From Bacillota bacterium (lineage in GTDB: Bacteria; Pseudomonadota; Gammaproteobacteria; Natronospirales; REEB76): a stretch of 64,000 nt of DNA. The notes under the pieces were generated by a model. That model was not told where the DNA came from and did not search any database. It saw only the letters and a program-made list of their open reading frames with translations. The translations under genes were made by a program, and so were the position numbers. Below are positions 24,629 through 35,356 of the stretch, in pieces; positions within the stretch are counted from its first letter, which is position 1, and the number at the start of each line of letters is the position of its first letter. Where the stretch lies: NCBI GenBank assembly GCA_050261675.1, contig JBLNDO010000043.1, positions 3,219-67,218 on the forward strand. The letters run 5' to 3'.

Positions 24629-25951
24629 ATGAAGATCGCCGTCATCGGCACCGGTATTTCCGGTCTCGCCGCCGCCTGGCTCCTTAACCGCCACGCCGAC
24701 GTGACCGTCTATGAACGGGCGGGGTACGCGGGCGGCCACACCCACACCGTGGAGTTGCCCGGCGGCCCCTCCGTGGACACGGGCTTCATCGTCTTCAATG
24801 AGCGCAATTACCCTTTGCTCACGGCCCTGTTCCGGCGCCTGCGGGTGGAGAGCCGGCCGAGCGACATGTCCTTCGCGGCATCCTTAAGCGGCGGTCGCGT
24901 GGAGTATGCCGGCGACAACCTGAACACGCTCTTCGCCCAGCGTTGGAACCTCCTTTCTGCGAGCCACTGGCGCATGCTGAAGGACGTAGTGCGCTTCAAC
25001 CGCGACGCGAAGCGGGCGCTCAAGCACGGCCTCGCGCCGGAGACGAGCCTGGGTGAGTTCATCCTCGCGGGCCGCTACGGCGACGAGCTCTCCCGTCGCT
25101 ACCTCCTGCCCATGGCCGCCGCCATCTGGTCCTGCCCGGTGGGAGCCATGCTCAAGTTTCCGGCGGCGAGCTTTCTCAAGTTCTTCGAGAACCACGGCCT
25201 CCTGGACCTCGTGGACCGGCCGCGCTGGCGCACCGTCACCGGCGGGAGCCACCAGTACGTGAAAAAGCTGCTGGAGCCGCTCGGCGGGAGGGTGAGGCTC
25301 AATACACCCGTGACCGCGGTGCGGCGCCTCCCCGAAGGCGTGCGGGTGTGGGACGCGAACGGCGGCGAGGAGTGGTTCGACCGGGTGGTCATGGCCTCCC
25401 ATGCGGACGAGACGCTCGCCATGCTGGCCGGAGCCACGCAGCGCGAGAAGGAGATCCTCGGCGCCTTCAAGTACCAGGACAACCGGGCCGTGCTCCATAC
25501 CGATGCGTGCCTTATGCCAAAGAGACGCAGTGTCTGGGCTTCTTGGAATTATCTCGCCGATGACGGCGTGCAGGGGGCCTCGCGGGTCTCCGTGACCTAC
25601 TGGATGAACCGCCTGCAAGCTCTGCCGCCCGAGCAGGACTACTTCGTGAGCCTGAATCCGCTCACGGAGCCTGATCCCGCGAGCGTGGTCTTCGAGACCA
25701 GCTACACCCACCCGGTGTTCACCCGGGAGGCCATGGCGGCCCAGGCGCGTCTGCCGGAGATCCAGGGCGCCGACCGCCTCTTGTTCTGTGGCGCCTGGAG
25801 CGGCTACGGTTTCCACGAGGATGGCTTGCGCTCGGCGGTGGAGGTGGTGCAATCCATGGGCTATCCCATCCCCTGGCTCGATGCCGCGCCCACGCGAGAA
25901 CAGGATTTCGCCGCCGCGGTCTGGAGCCGGCCGGTGGCGGACGAAGCATGA
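24629..25951 (+). CDS. NAD/FAD-binding oxidoreductase (amine-oxidase / phytoene-desaturase-like)
   Basis: N-terminal MKIAVIGTGISGLAAAW dinucleotide-binding fold. 440 aa. Confidence 0.85.
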   Translation: MKIAVIGTGISGLAAAWLLNRHADVTVYERAGYAGGHTHTVELPGGPSVDTGFIVFNERNYPLLTALFRRLRVESRPSDMSFAASLSGGRVEYAGDNLNTLFAQRWNLLSASHWRMLKDVVRFNRDAKRALKHGLAPETSLGEFILAGRYGDELSRRYLLPMAAAIWSCPVGAMLKFPAASFLKFFENHGLLDLVDRPRWRTVTGGSHQYVKKLLEPLGGRVRLNTPVTAVRRLPEGVRVWDANGGEEWFDRVVMASHADETLAMLAGATQREKEILGAFKYQDNRAVLHTDACLMPKRRSVWASWNYLADDGVQGASRVSVTYWMNRLQALPPEQDYFVSLNPLTEPDPASVVFETSYTHPVFTREAMAAQARLPEIQGADRLLFCGAWSGYGFHEDGLRSAVEVVQSMGYPIPWLDAAPTREQDFAAAVWSRPVADEA

Positions 25952-26745
25952 ACGAAAGCGCGCTCTATTACGGCGAGGTGATGCACCGGCGGCTGGGCCG
26001 CCTGCGCTACTTCTTTGCGTACAAGGTCTTCAGCCTCTTCGCGGACATCGATGAGTTGCCAGTGCTGCATCGGCGCCTGCGTCTCTTCTCTCACAACCGT
26101 TTCAACCTGTTCAGCCTCCACGACAGGGACCACGGTGGCCGTGACGGCGCACCTTTGCGTCCGTGGATCGAAGCTCTGCTCAAGGCGCGTGGCGTCGATC
26201 TGGATGGCGGCCGGATCCAGCTCCTGTGTTTCCCGCGCATCCTGGGCTATGTCTTCAACCCCATGTGTGTCTGGTACTGCCGCCACCGGGACGGGAGTCT
26301 GCGGGCGCTGGTCTGTGAGGTGCGCAACACCTCCGGCGGGATGCACCACTACGTGCTGGCGGACGGCGGCCGTCCGCTCGCCTGGGATGCGGACTACCGC
26401 GCCCATAAGGTCTTTCACGTCTCGCCCTTTGTGCCGTCCGAGGCGGAATACCGATTCCGTTTCCGGGAGCCCAAGGAGCGCATGAGGGTTTACATAAACG
26501 AGTTCGCCGGGGGCACAGCGTTACTGCAGGCTTCCATCGCGGGCTCACGGCTACCGCTCACGGACGCTACACTCTTATACATGTTCGCCCGTCTACCTTT
26601 CATGACCCTCAAGGTCATCGCCGCCATCCACTGGCAGGCGCTCAAGATATGGCTCCGGGGTGGACGTTTTCATCGCATGCCCAAGGCCGGCCTCTATGCC
26701 GGGACCTTAAACGAGACGGATGGATGGACAGCCCAAGACGCATGA
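25948..26745 (+). CDS. DUF1365 family protein
   Basis: SALYYGEVMHRR......F.Y.VF....D.DEL......LFS.NRFNL.S....DHG is the typical DUF1365 N-terminus. Overlaps the upstream stop codon. Confidence 0.85.
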   Translation: MNESALYYGEVMHRRLGRLRYFFAYKVFSLFADIDELPVLHRRLRLFSHNRFNLFSLHDRDHGGRDGAPLRPWIEALLKARGVDLDGGRIQLLCFPRILGYVFNPMCVWYCRHRDGSLRALVCEVRNTSGGMHHYVLADGGRPLAWDADYRAHKVFHVSPFVPSEAEYRFRFREPKERMRVYINEFAGGTALLQASIAGSRLPLTDATLLYMFARLPFMTLKVIAAIHWQALKIWLRGGRFHRMPKAGLYAGTLNETDGWTAQDA

Positions 26746-27938
26746 ATGTGCCCGTGGCGCGGGGCCAGCCCCTCGTGTTGCGGATCCTCTTCAAGGCGCT
26801 CCAGCGCATCCGCGTGGGGCACCTGAAGGTCGTAAGCCCGGACGGCAGCGCCTTCCATTTCGAGGGGAAAGAGCCGGGGCCTCAAGCCGCCCTCGTCATC
26901 CGCCAGCCGGGCGCGGTGCGCCGCACGCTTTTCGGCGGCGACCTGGGGCTCGCCGAGGCCTATCTGGACGGGCAGTGGGAGACGCCGGACCTCATGGCCT
27001 TCCTCGAGTTCGGTGCCCTGAACATGCGGGCCTTCGGCGTGGACCGGCCGGGCCTCGTGAAGCGCCTACTGGAATCCCTGGTCCACGCCCTGCGGCGCAA
27101 CACCCGCGCCGGCGCGCGCCGCAACATCCGCTATCACTACGACCTGGGCAACGGTTTCTACAAGCTGTGGCTGGACGACACCCTGACTTATTCCTGCGCC
27201 ATCTTCGAGTCGCCGGAGCAGCCGCTCGCGGACGCCCAGCGCGACAAATACCGGCATCTCCTGGATCTGCTGCAACTGAAACCCGAGCACCATCTTCTGG
27301 AGATCGGCTCCGGCTGGGGCGGCTTCGCGCTGTTCGCGGCGAAGGAGACCGGTTGTCGCATCACGAGCATCACGCTCTCGGAGGAGCAGCTCAAGGAAGC
27401 CCGCGCCCGAGCGGAGGCCGCGGGTGTCGCCGACCGGGTGTCGTTCGAGCTTGTGGATTACCGGGACGTGCGCGGCGAATTCGACCGGATTGTCTCGATT
27501 GAGATGTTCGAAGCGGTGGGCGAGCATTACTGGGAGGCGTTCTTCCGGGCCGTGCACGACCGTTTGAAGGCCGGCGGCCGCGCCGCGCTGCAGGTCATCA
27601 CCCTCGACGATGCCGCCTTCCCGCGCTACCGCAAGAACGTGGATTTCATCCAGCGGTACATCTTCCCGGGAGGCATGCTCCCATCCCCCTCGGTCTGGGA
27701 GGAGCACGTGCGCTCCGCCGGTCTGCGCACGGAGGCAAAACGCTTCTACGGCCAGCATTACGCACGCACTCTGAAGGCGTGGGACCAGAGAGTCCATGCG
27801 GCGGAAACGGCTATCCTGCAGGGAGGCTTCGACGCGCGCTTCCTGCGCATGTGGCATTACTACCTCGCCTATTGCCACGCCGGATTCAGCATCGGCCACG
27901 TGGATCTCATGCAGACCCTGCTGATCCGGGAGCATTGA
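26742..27938 (+). CDS. cyclopropane-fatty-acyl-phospholipid-synthase-family SAM methyltransferase
   Basis: ATG overlaps the DUF1365 stop codon (ATGA). HYDLGN.FY..WLD..LTYSCA.F, and SAM motif LLEIGSGWGGFA. Confidence 0.85.
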   Translation: MNVPVARGQPLVLRILFKALQRIRVGHLKVVSPDGSAFHFEGKEPGPQAALVIRQPGAVRRTLFGGDLGLAEAYLDGQWETPDLMAFLEFGALNMRAFGVDRPGLVKRLLESLVHALRRNTRAGARRNIRYHYDLGNGFYKLWLDDTLTYSCAIFESPEQPLADAQRDKYRHLLDLLQLKPEHHLLEIGSGWGGFALFAAKETGCRITSITLSEEQLKEARARAEAAGVADRVSFELVDYRDVRGEFDRIVSIEMFEAVGEHYWEAFFRAVHDRLKAGGRAALQVITLDDAAFPRYRKNVDFIQRYIFPGGMLPSPSVWEEHVRSAGLRTEAKRFYGQHYARTLKAWDQRVHAAETAILQGGFDARFLRMWHYYLAYCHAGFSIGHVDLMQTLLIREH

Positions 27939-27964
27939 GACCCGGTTTCCGTACAATGGCGGGC

Positions 27965-28654
27965 ATGAAAACCCTGCTCGCCGTACGGCACGTTCTCTTC
28001 GAAGACCTCGGTTCGTTCGCGCTCATCCTTGCGGAGGCAGGCTACGGCATCCGCTACGCGGAGGCGTCCACGGCGGATTTCGCGGCCCTGGGGAAGGAAA
28101 ACTGGGATCTCCTGGTGGTCCTGGGCGGGCCCATCGGCGTGAACGATGCGGCCGATTACCCCTTCCTCGCGCCGGAACTGAAGTTCATCGAAGCACGCCT
28201 GAAGGGTGGCGGGGCGACCCTAGGGCTCTGCCTCGGCAGCCAGTTCATCGCCAAGGCCTTGGGGGCACAGGTCTACAAGGGTAAGCAGGTGGAGATCGGC
28301 TGGAAGGCGGTCACGCTCACGGACGCGGGCCGGAAGTCCTGCCTGCGTCACTTCACCGCGCCCGTGTTCCATTGGCACGGCGAGACCTACGATTTGCCGA
28401 AGGATGCCGTGGCCCTCGCGTCCACGGATCTCTATCCCCAGCAGGGGTTCAGCTGGGGCCGGGCCCTGGCGCTGCAGTTCCACCCGGAAGTGACCGCCAA
28501 GGGCCTGGAGCAATGGTGGGTGGGCAACGTGGGGGAGCTCAGGGAACTCGGCCTCACGCCCGGTGCGCTGCGCGTCGAATCCCAAAAGCGCTCGCCCGCC
28601 ATGGAGAAGGAAGCCGCCACGATGCTCAAGGAGTGGCTTCGCTCCTTCGATTAG
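27965..28654 (+). CDS. class-I glutamine amidotransferase-like protein
   Basis: LGLCLGSQ (nucleophile elbow) and LQFHPE motifs. The start could instead be 27956. Confidence 0.8.
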   Translation: MKTLLAVRHVLFEDLGSFALILAEAGYGIRYAEASTADFAALGKENWDLLVVLGGPIGVNDAADYPFLAPELKFIEARLKGGGATLGLCLGSQFIAKALGAQVYKGKQVEIGWKAVTLTDAGRKSCLRHFTAPVFHWHGETYDLPKDAVALASTDLYPQQGFSWGRALALQFHPEVTAKGLEQWWVGNVGELRELGLTPGALRVESQKRSPAMEKEAATMLKEWLRSFD

Positions 28655-29121
28655 CGGATCACGATCTCCGGCTCGATCTTGATATCGGTTTTCAAGCTGT
28701 TGGCGATAAAGCAGTGTTCGTGGCCGGTGTGCACGGCCTTCAGCACTGCTTCCTTGTCCGCGGGGCCCTTCACCACGATACGCGGCTTCAATACCACGCG
28801 GGTGATGCGAATCGGCTTGTCGCCCTCGGGCATGAAACCCTCCGCCCGGTCCTCGTATTCCACCACGTCGATGCGCTTGCGCGCCGCCACCGCCAGGAAG
28901 GAGAGCATCTGGCAGGAGGATGCGGCCATCACCAAAAGCTGTTCGGGATTGAGGAGCGCGGGATCGCCGTGGAACGCCGGGTCGGAGGTGAGTTTCAGGG
29001 CGGCTTTCGCGGGCGGGGCCGCCATGTCGTGGGTCCGGCCGTAGGCCTCGTAGCCTAAGGCCGTGCTGCCGCTCCAGCGACAGGTGATGGTGTAGTGGTG
29101 CTCTTTGTGCTCGCCCATCAT
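28651..29121 (-). CDS. OsmC-family peroxiredoxin
   Basis: NPEQLLVMAASSCQML ... GHEHCFIANS (two conserved Cys). Confidence 0.85.
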   Translation of the reverse strand: MMGEHKEHHYTITCRWSGSTALGYEAYGRTHDMAAPPAKAALKLTSDPAFHGDPALLNPEQLLVMAASSCQMLSFLAVAARKRIDVVEYEDRAEGFMPEGDKPIRITRVVLKPRIVVKGPADKEAVLKAVHTGHEHCFIANSLKTDIKIEPEIVIR

Positions 29122-29205
29122 CGTTTCTCCAGGCGGGCGGTCTATCATGCGCCCGATTCCGTGCGGGTAACAGGGCCAGTCTCGGGCCGTTCCGCTAGAC
29201 CAGAT

Positions 29206-29961
29206 TCAGCGGCCGGTAACGCGTTTGATCAGGGGAAAATAAAGGACATAGGGCAGGGCCCGCAGGAATTTCAGGATCAGCACGAAGCGTGTGGGGAAGG
29301 CGATTTCGAATTTGCCCTTTTCGATGCCACGCTCCAACGCCGCCGCCGCCGTGTCCACTTCCATCAGGAAGGGCATGGGGAACGTGTTGTTCTCCGTGAG
29401 CGGCGTGTCCACGAAACCGGGGTTGCACACCGAAATCTTGAGTCCCGCCCGCTCGAACAGGGATTTGCAGGACTCCGCCAGGTTGATGAGCGCCGCCTTG
29501 GTGGGGCCGTAGGCGGAGGCGAGCGGAAGCCCGCGGTAACCCGCGACGCTCGCCACGAGCACCATATGTCCGGATTTGCGTTCGCGCATGGACGGCAGGA
29601 GCGCGTCCATGGAGTTCACCACGCCGAGATAGTTCACGCGCATGTGCGCCTCGAATACCGGCGCCTTGAAGCCGTCGAGCTTCACACCCTCGTACATGCC
29701 GGCATTCAACACTGCGAGAGCGATGGGACCGTGGGCGGCTTCGATGGCGGGTACGGCCCGGCGCACCGCCTCCAGGTCCGTCACGTCCAGGGGCCAGGTG
29801 TGGATGCGTCCCGGCGCCTGCGCCGCGGTTTCCTCGAGCGGCTCGCGACGCCGGCCTGAAACCACCACGCTCCAGCCGTGGGAGGCGAGTCTTAACGCCA
29901 GCGCGCGACCGATACCGGTACCGCCGCCGGTGATCCAGGCGAGGCCGCGTTTGTTTTCCAT
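29206..29961 (-). CDS. SDR-family oxidoreductase
   Basis: TGGGTGIGRA, NAG, and S..Y...K (YGPTK). Last 251 codons of ORF 29206..30828. Confidence 0.85.
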   Translation of the reverse strand: MENKRGLAWITGGGTGIGRALALRLASHGWSVVVSGRRREPLEETAAQAPGRIHTWPLDVTDLEAVRRAVPAIEAAHGPIALAVLNAGMYEGVKLDGFKAPVFEAHMRVNYLGVVNSMDALLPSMRERKSGHMVLVASVAGYRGLPLASAYGPTKAALINLAESCKSLFERAGLKISVCNPGFVDTPLTENNTFPMPFLMEVDTAAAALERGIEKGKFEIAFPTRFVLILKFLRALPYVLYFPLIKRVTGR

Positions 29962-30048
29962 GCGACATTGTAAGGCCTGGGAACGCTCGGCACGGCGGCG
30001 GGGCTGCGGTATCATCAGGCGGCGCGTGGGGCGTCTTCGGGGAAACAC

Positions 30049-31710
30049 GTGGAAAGACTCTGGCTGAAAGAATATCCGGCCGGCGTGCCCGCCGACATCG
30101 ACGTCAAGCGCTACGCCTCGGTGAAGGACATCTTCGAGGAAGCCTGCGGCAAATTCGCCGCGCTGCCTGCGTTCGAGAACATGGGCGTGGCCACCACCTA
30201 CGGCGAGCTGGAGAAGCAAAGCGCCCACTTCGGCGCCTGGCTGCAGCAACGCGGCTTCAAGCGGGGCGACCGGGTCGCCATCATGATGCCGAACGTGCTT
30301 CAGTACCCGGTGGCGCTGTTCGGCATCCTGCGCGCGGGCATGACGGTGGTGAACGTCAATCCGCTTTACACCGCCCGCGAGGTCGAGCACCAGCTCAAGG
30401 ACTGCGGCGCCCGCGGCATCGTGATCCTGGAGAACTTCGCCCATACGCTGCACGATGTGCACGACAAGGGCGGGCTCGACACCATCGTCACCACCCAGAT
30501 CGGCGACCTGTTCCCGGCGCCGAAGCGCATGATCGTCAACTTCGTGGTGAAGACCGTGAAGAAGATGGTGCCCGCCTGGAGCCTGCCGGGCAGCGTCCGC
30601 TTCCGCGATGTGCTCGCTGAAGGCAGCCGGCACGCCCTCGCGCCGGTGGACGTGAATCACGATGACGTGGCCTTCCTGCAATACACTGGCGGTACCACCG
30701 GCGTCTCCAAGGGGGCGGTGCTCACCCACCGCAACATGGTGGCGAACGTGGTACAGGCCTCCGCCTGGCTCGGCAAGGGCCTGGAGTACGGCAAGGAGAC
30801 GGTGATCACCGCCCTGCCGCTGTACCACATCTTCTCCCTCACCGCGAACTGCATGGTGTTCATGACGCTGGGCGGGAAGAACATCCTCATCACCAACCCG
30901 CGGGACATCCCCGGCTTCGTGAAGACGCTCGGGGGTCAGCCCTTCAGCGTGATCACAGGCGTCAACACGCTATTCAACGCGCTCCTGCACGCCCCGGGGT
31001 TCGGGGAGCTGGATTTCAAACCCCTCAAGCTCGCGCTCGGCGGCGGCATGGCGGTGCAGCGAGCGGTGGCGGAGCACTGGAAGCAGGTCACCGGCCGGCC
31101 CATCGTCGAGGCCTACGGGCTCACCGAAACCTCGCCCGCCGCCTGCATCAATCCGCTCGACCTCAAGGACTACAACGGTTCCATCGGCCTGCCCATCCCG
31201 TCCACGGAACTCTCCATCCGCGACGACGACGGCAAGGAACTCGCGGTGGGCGAGGTGGGCGAACTCTGCTTCAAGGGCCCGCAGGTGATGCGCGGCTACT
31301 GGAACCGCCCGGATGAGACCGCCAAGGTCCTGGGTTCCGACGGTTGGCTGCGCACCGGCGACATGGGCCGGGTGGACTCCCGCGGCTTCGTCTATATCGT
31401 GGACCGCAAGAAGGACATGATCCTGGTGTCCGGCTTCAACGTATACCCGAACGAGGTGGAGGACGTGGTGATGATGCACCCGGGCGTGCGCGAGTGCGCC
31501 GCCGTGGGCGTGCCGGACGAGCATTCCGGCGAGGTGGTGAAGCTCTTCGTGGTGCGCAAGGATCCGAACCTGACCGCCGAAGAGCTCATCGCCCATTGCC
31601 ACAAGTACTTGACGGGCTACAAGGTTCCGAAGCACGTGGAGTTCCGCACGGAGCTTCCGAAATCCAACGTGGGGAAAATTCTCCGCCGGGAGCTTAGAGA
31701 GAAGCATTGA
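30049..31710 (+). CDS. fadD: long-chain-fatty-acid--CoA ligase
   Basis: AMP-binding motif [14 protein letters not shown], plus GYGLTE and TGD..R.D..G. 553 aa. Confidence 0.9.
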   Translation: MERLWLKEYPAGVPADIDVKRYASVKDIFEEACGKFAALPAFENMGVATTYGELEKQSAHFGAWLQQRGFKRGDRVAIMMPNVLQYPVALFGILRAGMTVVNVNPLYTAREVEHQLKDCGARGIVILENFAHTLHDVHDKGGLDTIVTTQIGDLFPAPKRMIVNFVVKTVKKMVPAWSLPGSVRFRDVLAEGSRHALAPVDVNHDDVAFLQYTGGTTGVSKGAVLTHRNMVANVVQASAWLGKGLEYGKETVITALPLYHIFSLTANCMVFMTLGGKNILITNPRDIPGFVKTLGGQPFSVITGVNTLFNALLHAPGFGELDFKPLKLALGGGMAVQRAVAEHWKQVTGRPIVEAYGLTETSPAACINPLDLKDYNGSIGLPIPSTELSIRDDDGKELAVGEVGELCFKGPQVMRGYWNRPDETAKVLGSDGWLRTGDMGRVDSRGFVYIVDRKKDMILVSGFNVYPNEVEDVVMMHPGVRECAAVGVPDEHSGEVVKLFVVRKDPNLTAEELIAHCHKYLTGYKVPKHVEFRTELPKSNVGKILRRELREKH

Positions 31711-32531
31711 GCCCGGTTGAGCTTCCCATCGGCATTTTCGATTCCGGCGTGGGCGGTTTGACCGTCCTCAAGGCGCTGCGCGCGCGCCTGCCCCAGGAAC
31801 ACCTCCTGTATCTCGGCGATACCGCGCGGCTGCCCTACGGCACCAAGGGGCCGGACACGGTTGCCCGCTACGCCGTGCAGGCGGCCGGCCATCTCGTCGG
31901 TCGCGGCATCAAGCTCCTGGTGGTGGCCTGCAACACCGCTTCCGCCGTCGCCATGCCGGAACTCACGCGGCAGTTCGCGCCGTTGCCCATCATCGGTGTG
32001 GTGGAGGCGGGCGCGGAAGCGGCAGCGAAGGCTTCGAAGAGCGGCCACATCGCCGTGCTTGCCACCGAGAGCACCGTGCAGGGCGGCGCCTACGAGCGTG
32101 CCATCCACGCGTTCCGGAAGGATGCCCGGGTCTATTCCCAGGCCTGTTCGTTGTTCGTCGCCCTCGCTGAAGAGGGTTGGACGAAAGGTCCGCTGGTGGA
32201 GTCCGTGGTGCGGGAATACCTGCAGCCGCTCCTGGAGGAGAAGAGGCGCGACGGCCTGGACACCCTGGTGCTGGGTTGCACCCATTTCCCGCTGCTCGGG
32301 GACGCCATCGCCCGGGTGGCGGGTGCCGATGTGCGCATCGTGGACTCCGCCGAGACTGTGGCGGAGGCGGTGGCGGGGCTGCTCGCCACGAACAAGATCC
32401 CCCGGACCCACGACGCGCGGGGCGACGCTCGCCACCTCGCCACCGACGGCGCCCAGCGCTTCGCCCGCGTCGGGAGTCTGTTTTTAGGCGAGCAGATCAA
32501 GCCGCAAGACGTGGAGATCGTGGACCTATAA
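31707..32531 (+). CDS. murI: glutamate racemase
   Basis: [36 protein letters not shown]. Confidence 0.9.
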   Translation: MSPVELPIGIFDSGVGGLTVLKALRARLPQEHLLYLGDTARLPYGTKGPDTVARYAVQAAGHLVGRGIKLLVVACNTASAVAMPELTRQFAPLPIIGVVEAGAEAAAKASKSGHIAVLATESTVQGGAYERAIHAFRKDARVYSQACSLFVALAEEGWTKGPLVESVVREYLQPLLEEKRRDGLDTLVLGCTHFPLLGDAIARVAGADVRIVDSAETVAEAVAGLLATNKIPRTHDARGDARHLATDGAQRFARVGSLFLGEQIKPQDVEIVDL

Positions 32532-32538
32532 AAAGAAA

Positions 32539-32566
32539 ACGCCCCGCCGCTTGTGCGGCGGGGCGT
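32539..32566. terminator. 12-bp-stem hairpin between convergent genes
   Basis: ACGCCCCGCCGC-TTGT-GCGGCGGGGCGT, preceded by AAAAGAAA. Confidence 0.55.
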
Positions 32567-32581
32567 CCCGGCGAAAATCCC

Positions 32582-34183
32582 TCAGTGCAGCGTCTCGGCG
32601 CCGGCGGCCTCGACATGCAGCGTGCGCCAGCCGCTCTTGAGGCCCCAGACGAAGAAGCCTGCGCCGGCTACGGCCACCACCAACAGATCCCAACCGTAGG
32701 GCAGGTAGCCTTTTCCGCCGAACTCGACGCTGCCGCCCCAAGACAGGGCAACCATCACGACCAGATAGCACAGCAGCCACCAGGCGCCGTTCAAGTGTTT
32801 CTTGAAGTCCTGCCAGCCGTTCTGGGATTCGTAATAGAACCACAAGGGCAACACGAATACCAAGCAACCGATGACCTGGGCGGGCAGCGGCCACTTTGCC
32901 CAATATAGGGCCAGCGTCGCCAGGGTGAACGCGATGCCGCCGATCCATTTCAAGGCGGGAAGCTTGAGGGGCCGCTTCGCATCGGGTGCGGTATCGCGCA
33001 GCACCGCCACGGCCACCGGGCCCATGAGGTAGGAGACGATGCAAGCCACGGAGGTGACGTCCGCGCCCTTGTTCCAGCCTTTGAACCAGAAGAAGAACAG
33101 GAAGCTGACCGCGAGGTTCAGCCACATGGCGGGGCGCGGGATGCCGTAGACGGGATGAACGTATCCGAAGATCTTCGGCAGGATGCCGTTCTTCTCCATG
33201 CCGTAGAGCATGCGGGTGCTGGAGGCGGTGTAGGTGGAGCCGGTGCCGCTCGGGCTCACGAAGGCATCGGCGTAGAGCAAGAGCGCCAGCAGGTTGAGGT
33301 TGAGGGCGAGCGCCAGTTGCGCGTAGGGCGAACTGAAATCGAGCCCGCTCCAGCCGTGGGCGGCGAGCAGATCGGAAGGCACGGCGCCCAGGAACGCCAC
33401 CTGCAGCAGCACGTAGATCACCGCGCAGATGAGGATGGAGCCGACCACGGCGATGGGCACGTCGCGCCCCGGGTTCTTGGCCTCGCCCGCCAGGTTCACC
33501 GGGCTCTGGAAACCGTTGAAGCTGAACACGATGCCGGCGGTGGCGACGGCGTTCAGTACCGCGGCGAGATTGCTGGCATGGGGACCGCCGTTGATACCCA
33601 CGTTGAAATTGGCGGGATGAAAGCCGGCCATGATCAGTGAAATCGCCGTGAAGGCCGGCACCACCAGCTTGAACAGCGTGATGGCGGTGTTGGTGCGGGC
33701 GAACACCTTCACGCTCCAGAAGTTCAAAAGGAAGTAGATGACGACCAGGACGGCGCCGATCGCCTGACCGGACAGCGTGACTTCGCCGTTGTGATAGAGG
33801 CTGCCGGCCCAGGGTTGGGCCCATGACCAAGGCCAGGAGGCCATGTATTGCACCGAGGCGAAGGCCTCCACCGGGATCACCGAGACTACCGAGATCCAGG
33901 CGGCCCAGGCGGTGATGGAGCCCACCAGTGTGCCGTGGGTGTAGAGGCCGAAGCGCACCATGCCGCCCGCCTCCGGGAACATGGCGCCCAGCTCCGCGAA
34001 CGCGAGCGCAACGGCGAGAATGACCACGGCGCCGATGACCCAGGCCCAGATGGCGTCCGGGCCGGCGAGGCGCGCCGCCTTGGCGGCGCCGAACAGCCAG
34101 CCGGAGCCGATGATGGAACCGATGCCGGTCATGGTCAGGGCGATGAGACCCACGTCACGGTGGTAGGAGGACTTGTTCGACAT
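32582..34183 (-). CDS. APC-superfamily amino-acid/polyamine permease
   Basis: 533 aa from an internal ATG. GSIIGSGWLFG motif and 12 or more TM helices. Confidence 0.85.
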   Translation of the reverse strand: MSNKSSYHRDVGLIALTMTGIGSIIGSGWLFGAAKAARLAGPDAIWAWVIGAVVILAVALAFAELGAMFPEAGGMVRFGLYTHGTLVGSITAWAAWISVVSVIPVEAFASVQYMASWPWSWAQPWAGSLYHNGEVTLSGQAIGAVLVVIYFLLNFWSVKVFARTNTAITLFKLVVPAFTAISLIMAGFHPANFNVGINGGPHASNLAAVLNAVATAGIVFSFNGFQSPVNLAGEAKNPGRDVPIAVVGSILICAVIYVLLQVAFLGAVPSDLLAAHGWSGLDFSSPYAQLALALNLNLLALLLYADAFVSPSGTGSTYTASSTRMLYGMEKNGILPKIFGYVHPVYGIPRPAMWLNLAVSFLFFFWFKGWNKGADVTSVACIVSYLMGPVAVAVLRDTAPDAKRPLKLPALKWIGGIAFTLATLALYWAKWPLPAQVIGCLVFVLPLWFYYESQNGWQDFKKHLNGAWWLLCYLVVMVALSWGGSVEFGGKGYLPYGWDLLVVAVAGAGFFVWGLKSGWRTLHVEAAGAETLH

Positions 34184-34309
34184 GCGCTTTCCTTGGGGTG
34201 GGGGATGGGGCCGGTGCTCCGGCCCTCGGGGATTTTTGGGGGCCCCATCATGGCAGCCTGGATGGACTGTCGCCAAGGGGGTAGGCGCACCAGTAGACTC
34301 ACTCCAGCC

Positions 34310-35356
34310 ATGAAAGTTTCTTCCGGGGGCATCCGCGGGCCAGACCCGGCCCTGTTCGAGCGGCTGGCGCAGATGGCGCTCGCCAACCTCGACCGTGACT
34401 ACCCCAACCACATCCAGCATCTGATGGATGGGGACAGTGACTTAGACCTACCCCGGGAACTCCATCCGGTCTTCTCCGGCGCCTATGACTGGCATTCGGC
34501 GGTGCACAACTACTGGATGCTGGTGCGCCTCCTGCGCCTTCATCCCGAGGGTGCTTTTGCGCCTCAAGCCCGCGCCTTCATCGGCCGGCGGCTCAACCCG
34601 GCCGATATGGCCCAGGAGTGCCGTTACTTCGACGACCCGCGCCGCGCTTCCTGGGAGCGCCCCTACGGCCTCGCTTGGGTCTTGCAGCTCGCGGCGGAAT
34701 TGCACGAGTGGAATACCGCCGAGGCGCGTGCCTGGCGCACTACGCTCGCGCCGCTCGAGGCGGTGGCGCGGCAGCGCTTCCGCGCCTGGATGCCGAAGCT
34801 CTTCTATCCCATCCGCAGCGGCGAGCATTCCCAGACCGCCTTCGCCTTCGGTTTGGTGCACGACTGGGCCCGGACGACGGGCGACACAGCGATGCTGGAA
34901 CTGGTGGGCGCCAAGGGCGTGGAGTTCCATCTTTTCGATGTGGACGCGCCCTTGCCCTACGAGCCCTCGGGCCAGGATTTCCTCTCCCCCTGCCTCGCGG
35001 AAGCGGATTTGATGCGCCGGGTTCTGCCGCAAAATCAATTTCGGGAATGGCTCACGAAGTTCCTGCCGCGGATACCGACGGACGGCCGGAGCGATTGGCT
35101 GCCTGTGGCCGTGAGCCGCGATCCGAACGATCCGAAGCTTGCACATCTCGACGGCCTCAACTTGAGCCGCGCCTGGATGTTGCACGGCATCGTCGCCGGG
35201 ATCGGTGCGGATGCCCGTTCCGGATCTCTGCATGCCGCGGCGCACGAACATACTCAAGTAGGGCTTGCAGGAATACGCGAGGAGCACTATGAGGGTAGTC
35301 ACTGGCTCCCGAGTTTCGCCGTATATCTTCTAACAGGGCGGGGCATCAAGCCGTGA
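34310..35356 (+). CDS. DUF2891 family protein
   Basis: LANLDRDYPNHIQH..FSGAYDWHSAVH.YWML..RPYG.AW.L.L. The start is uncertain (alternative at 34250). Confidence 0.7.
   Translation: MKVSSGGIRGPDPALFERLAQMALANLDRDYPNHIQHLMDGDSDLDLPRELHPVFSGAYDWHSAVHNYWMLVRLLRLHPEGAFAPQARAFIGRRLNPADMAQECRYFDDPRRASWERPYGLAWVLQLAAELHEWNTAEARAWRTTLAPLEAVARQRFRAWMPKLFYPIRSGEHSQTAFAFGLVHDWARTTGDTAMLELVGAKGVEFHLFDVDAPLPYEPSGQDFLSPCLAEADLMRRVLPQNQFREWLTKFLPRIPTDGRSDWLPVAVSRDPNDPKLAHLDGLNLSRAWMLHGIVAGIGADARSGSLHAAAHEHTQVGLAGIREEHYEGSHWLPSFAVYLLTGRGIKP

Noticed and set aside
28651-28654. Convergent gene pairs whose 3' ends overlap or nearly touch without a terminator (28651-28654, 36087-36089, 14544-14551).
   Set aside because: This is real, but it is common in compact high-G+C genomes. 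On its own it gives no evidence of antisense regulation.
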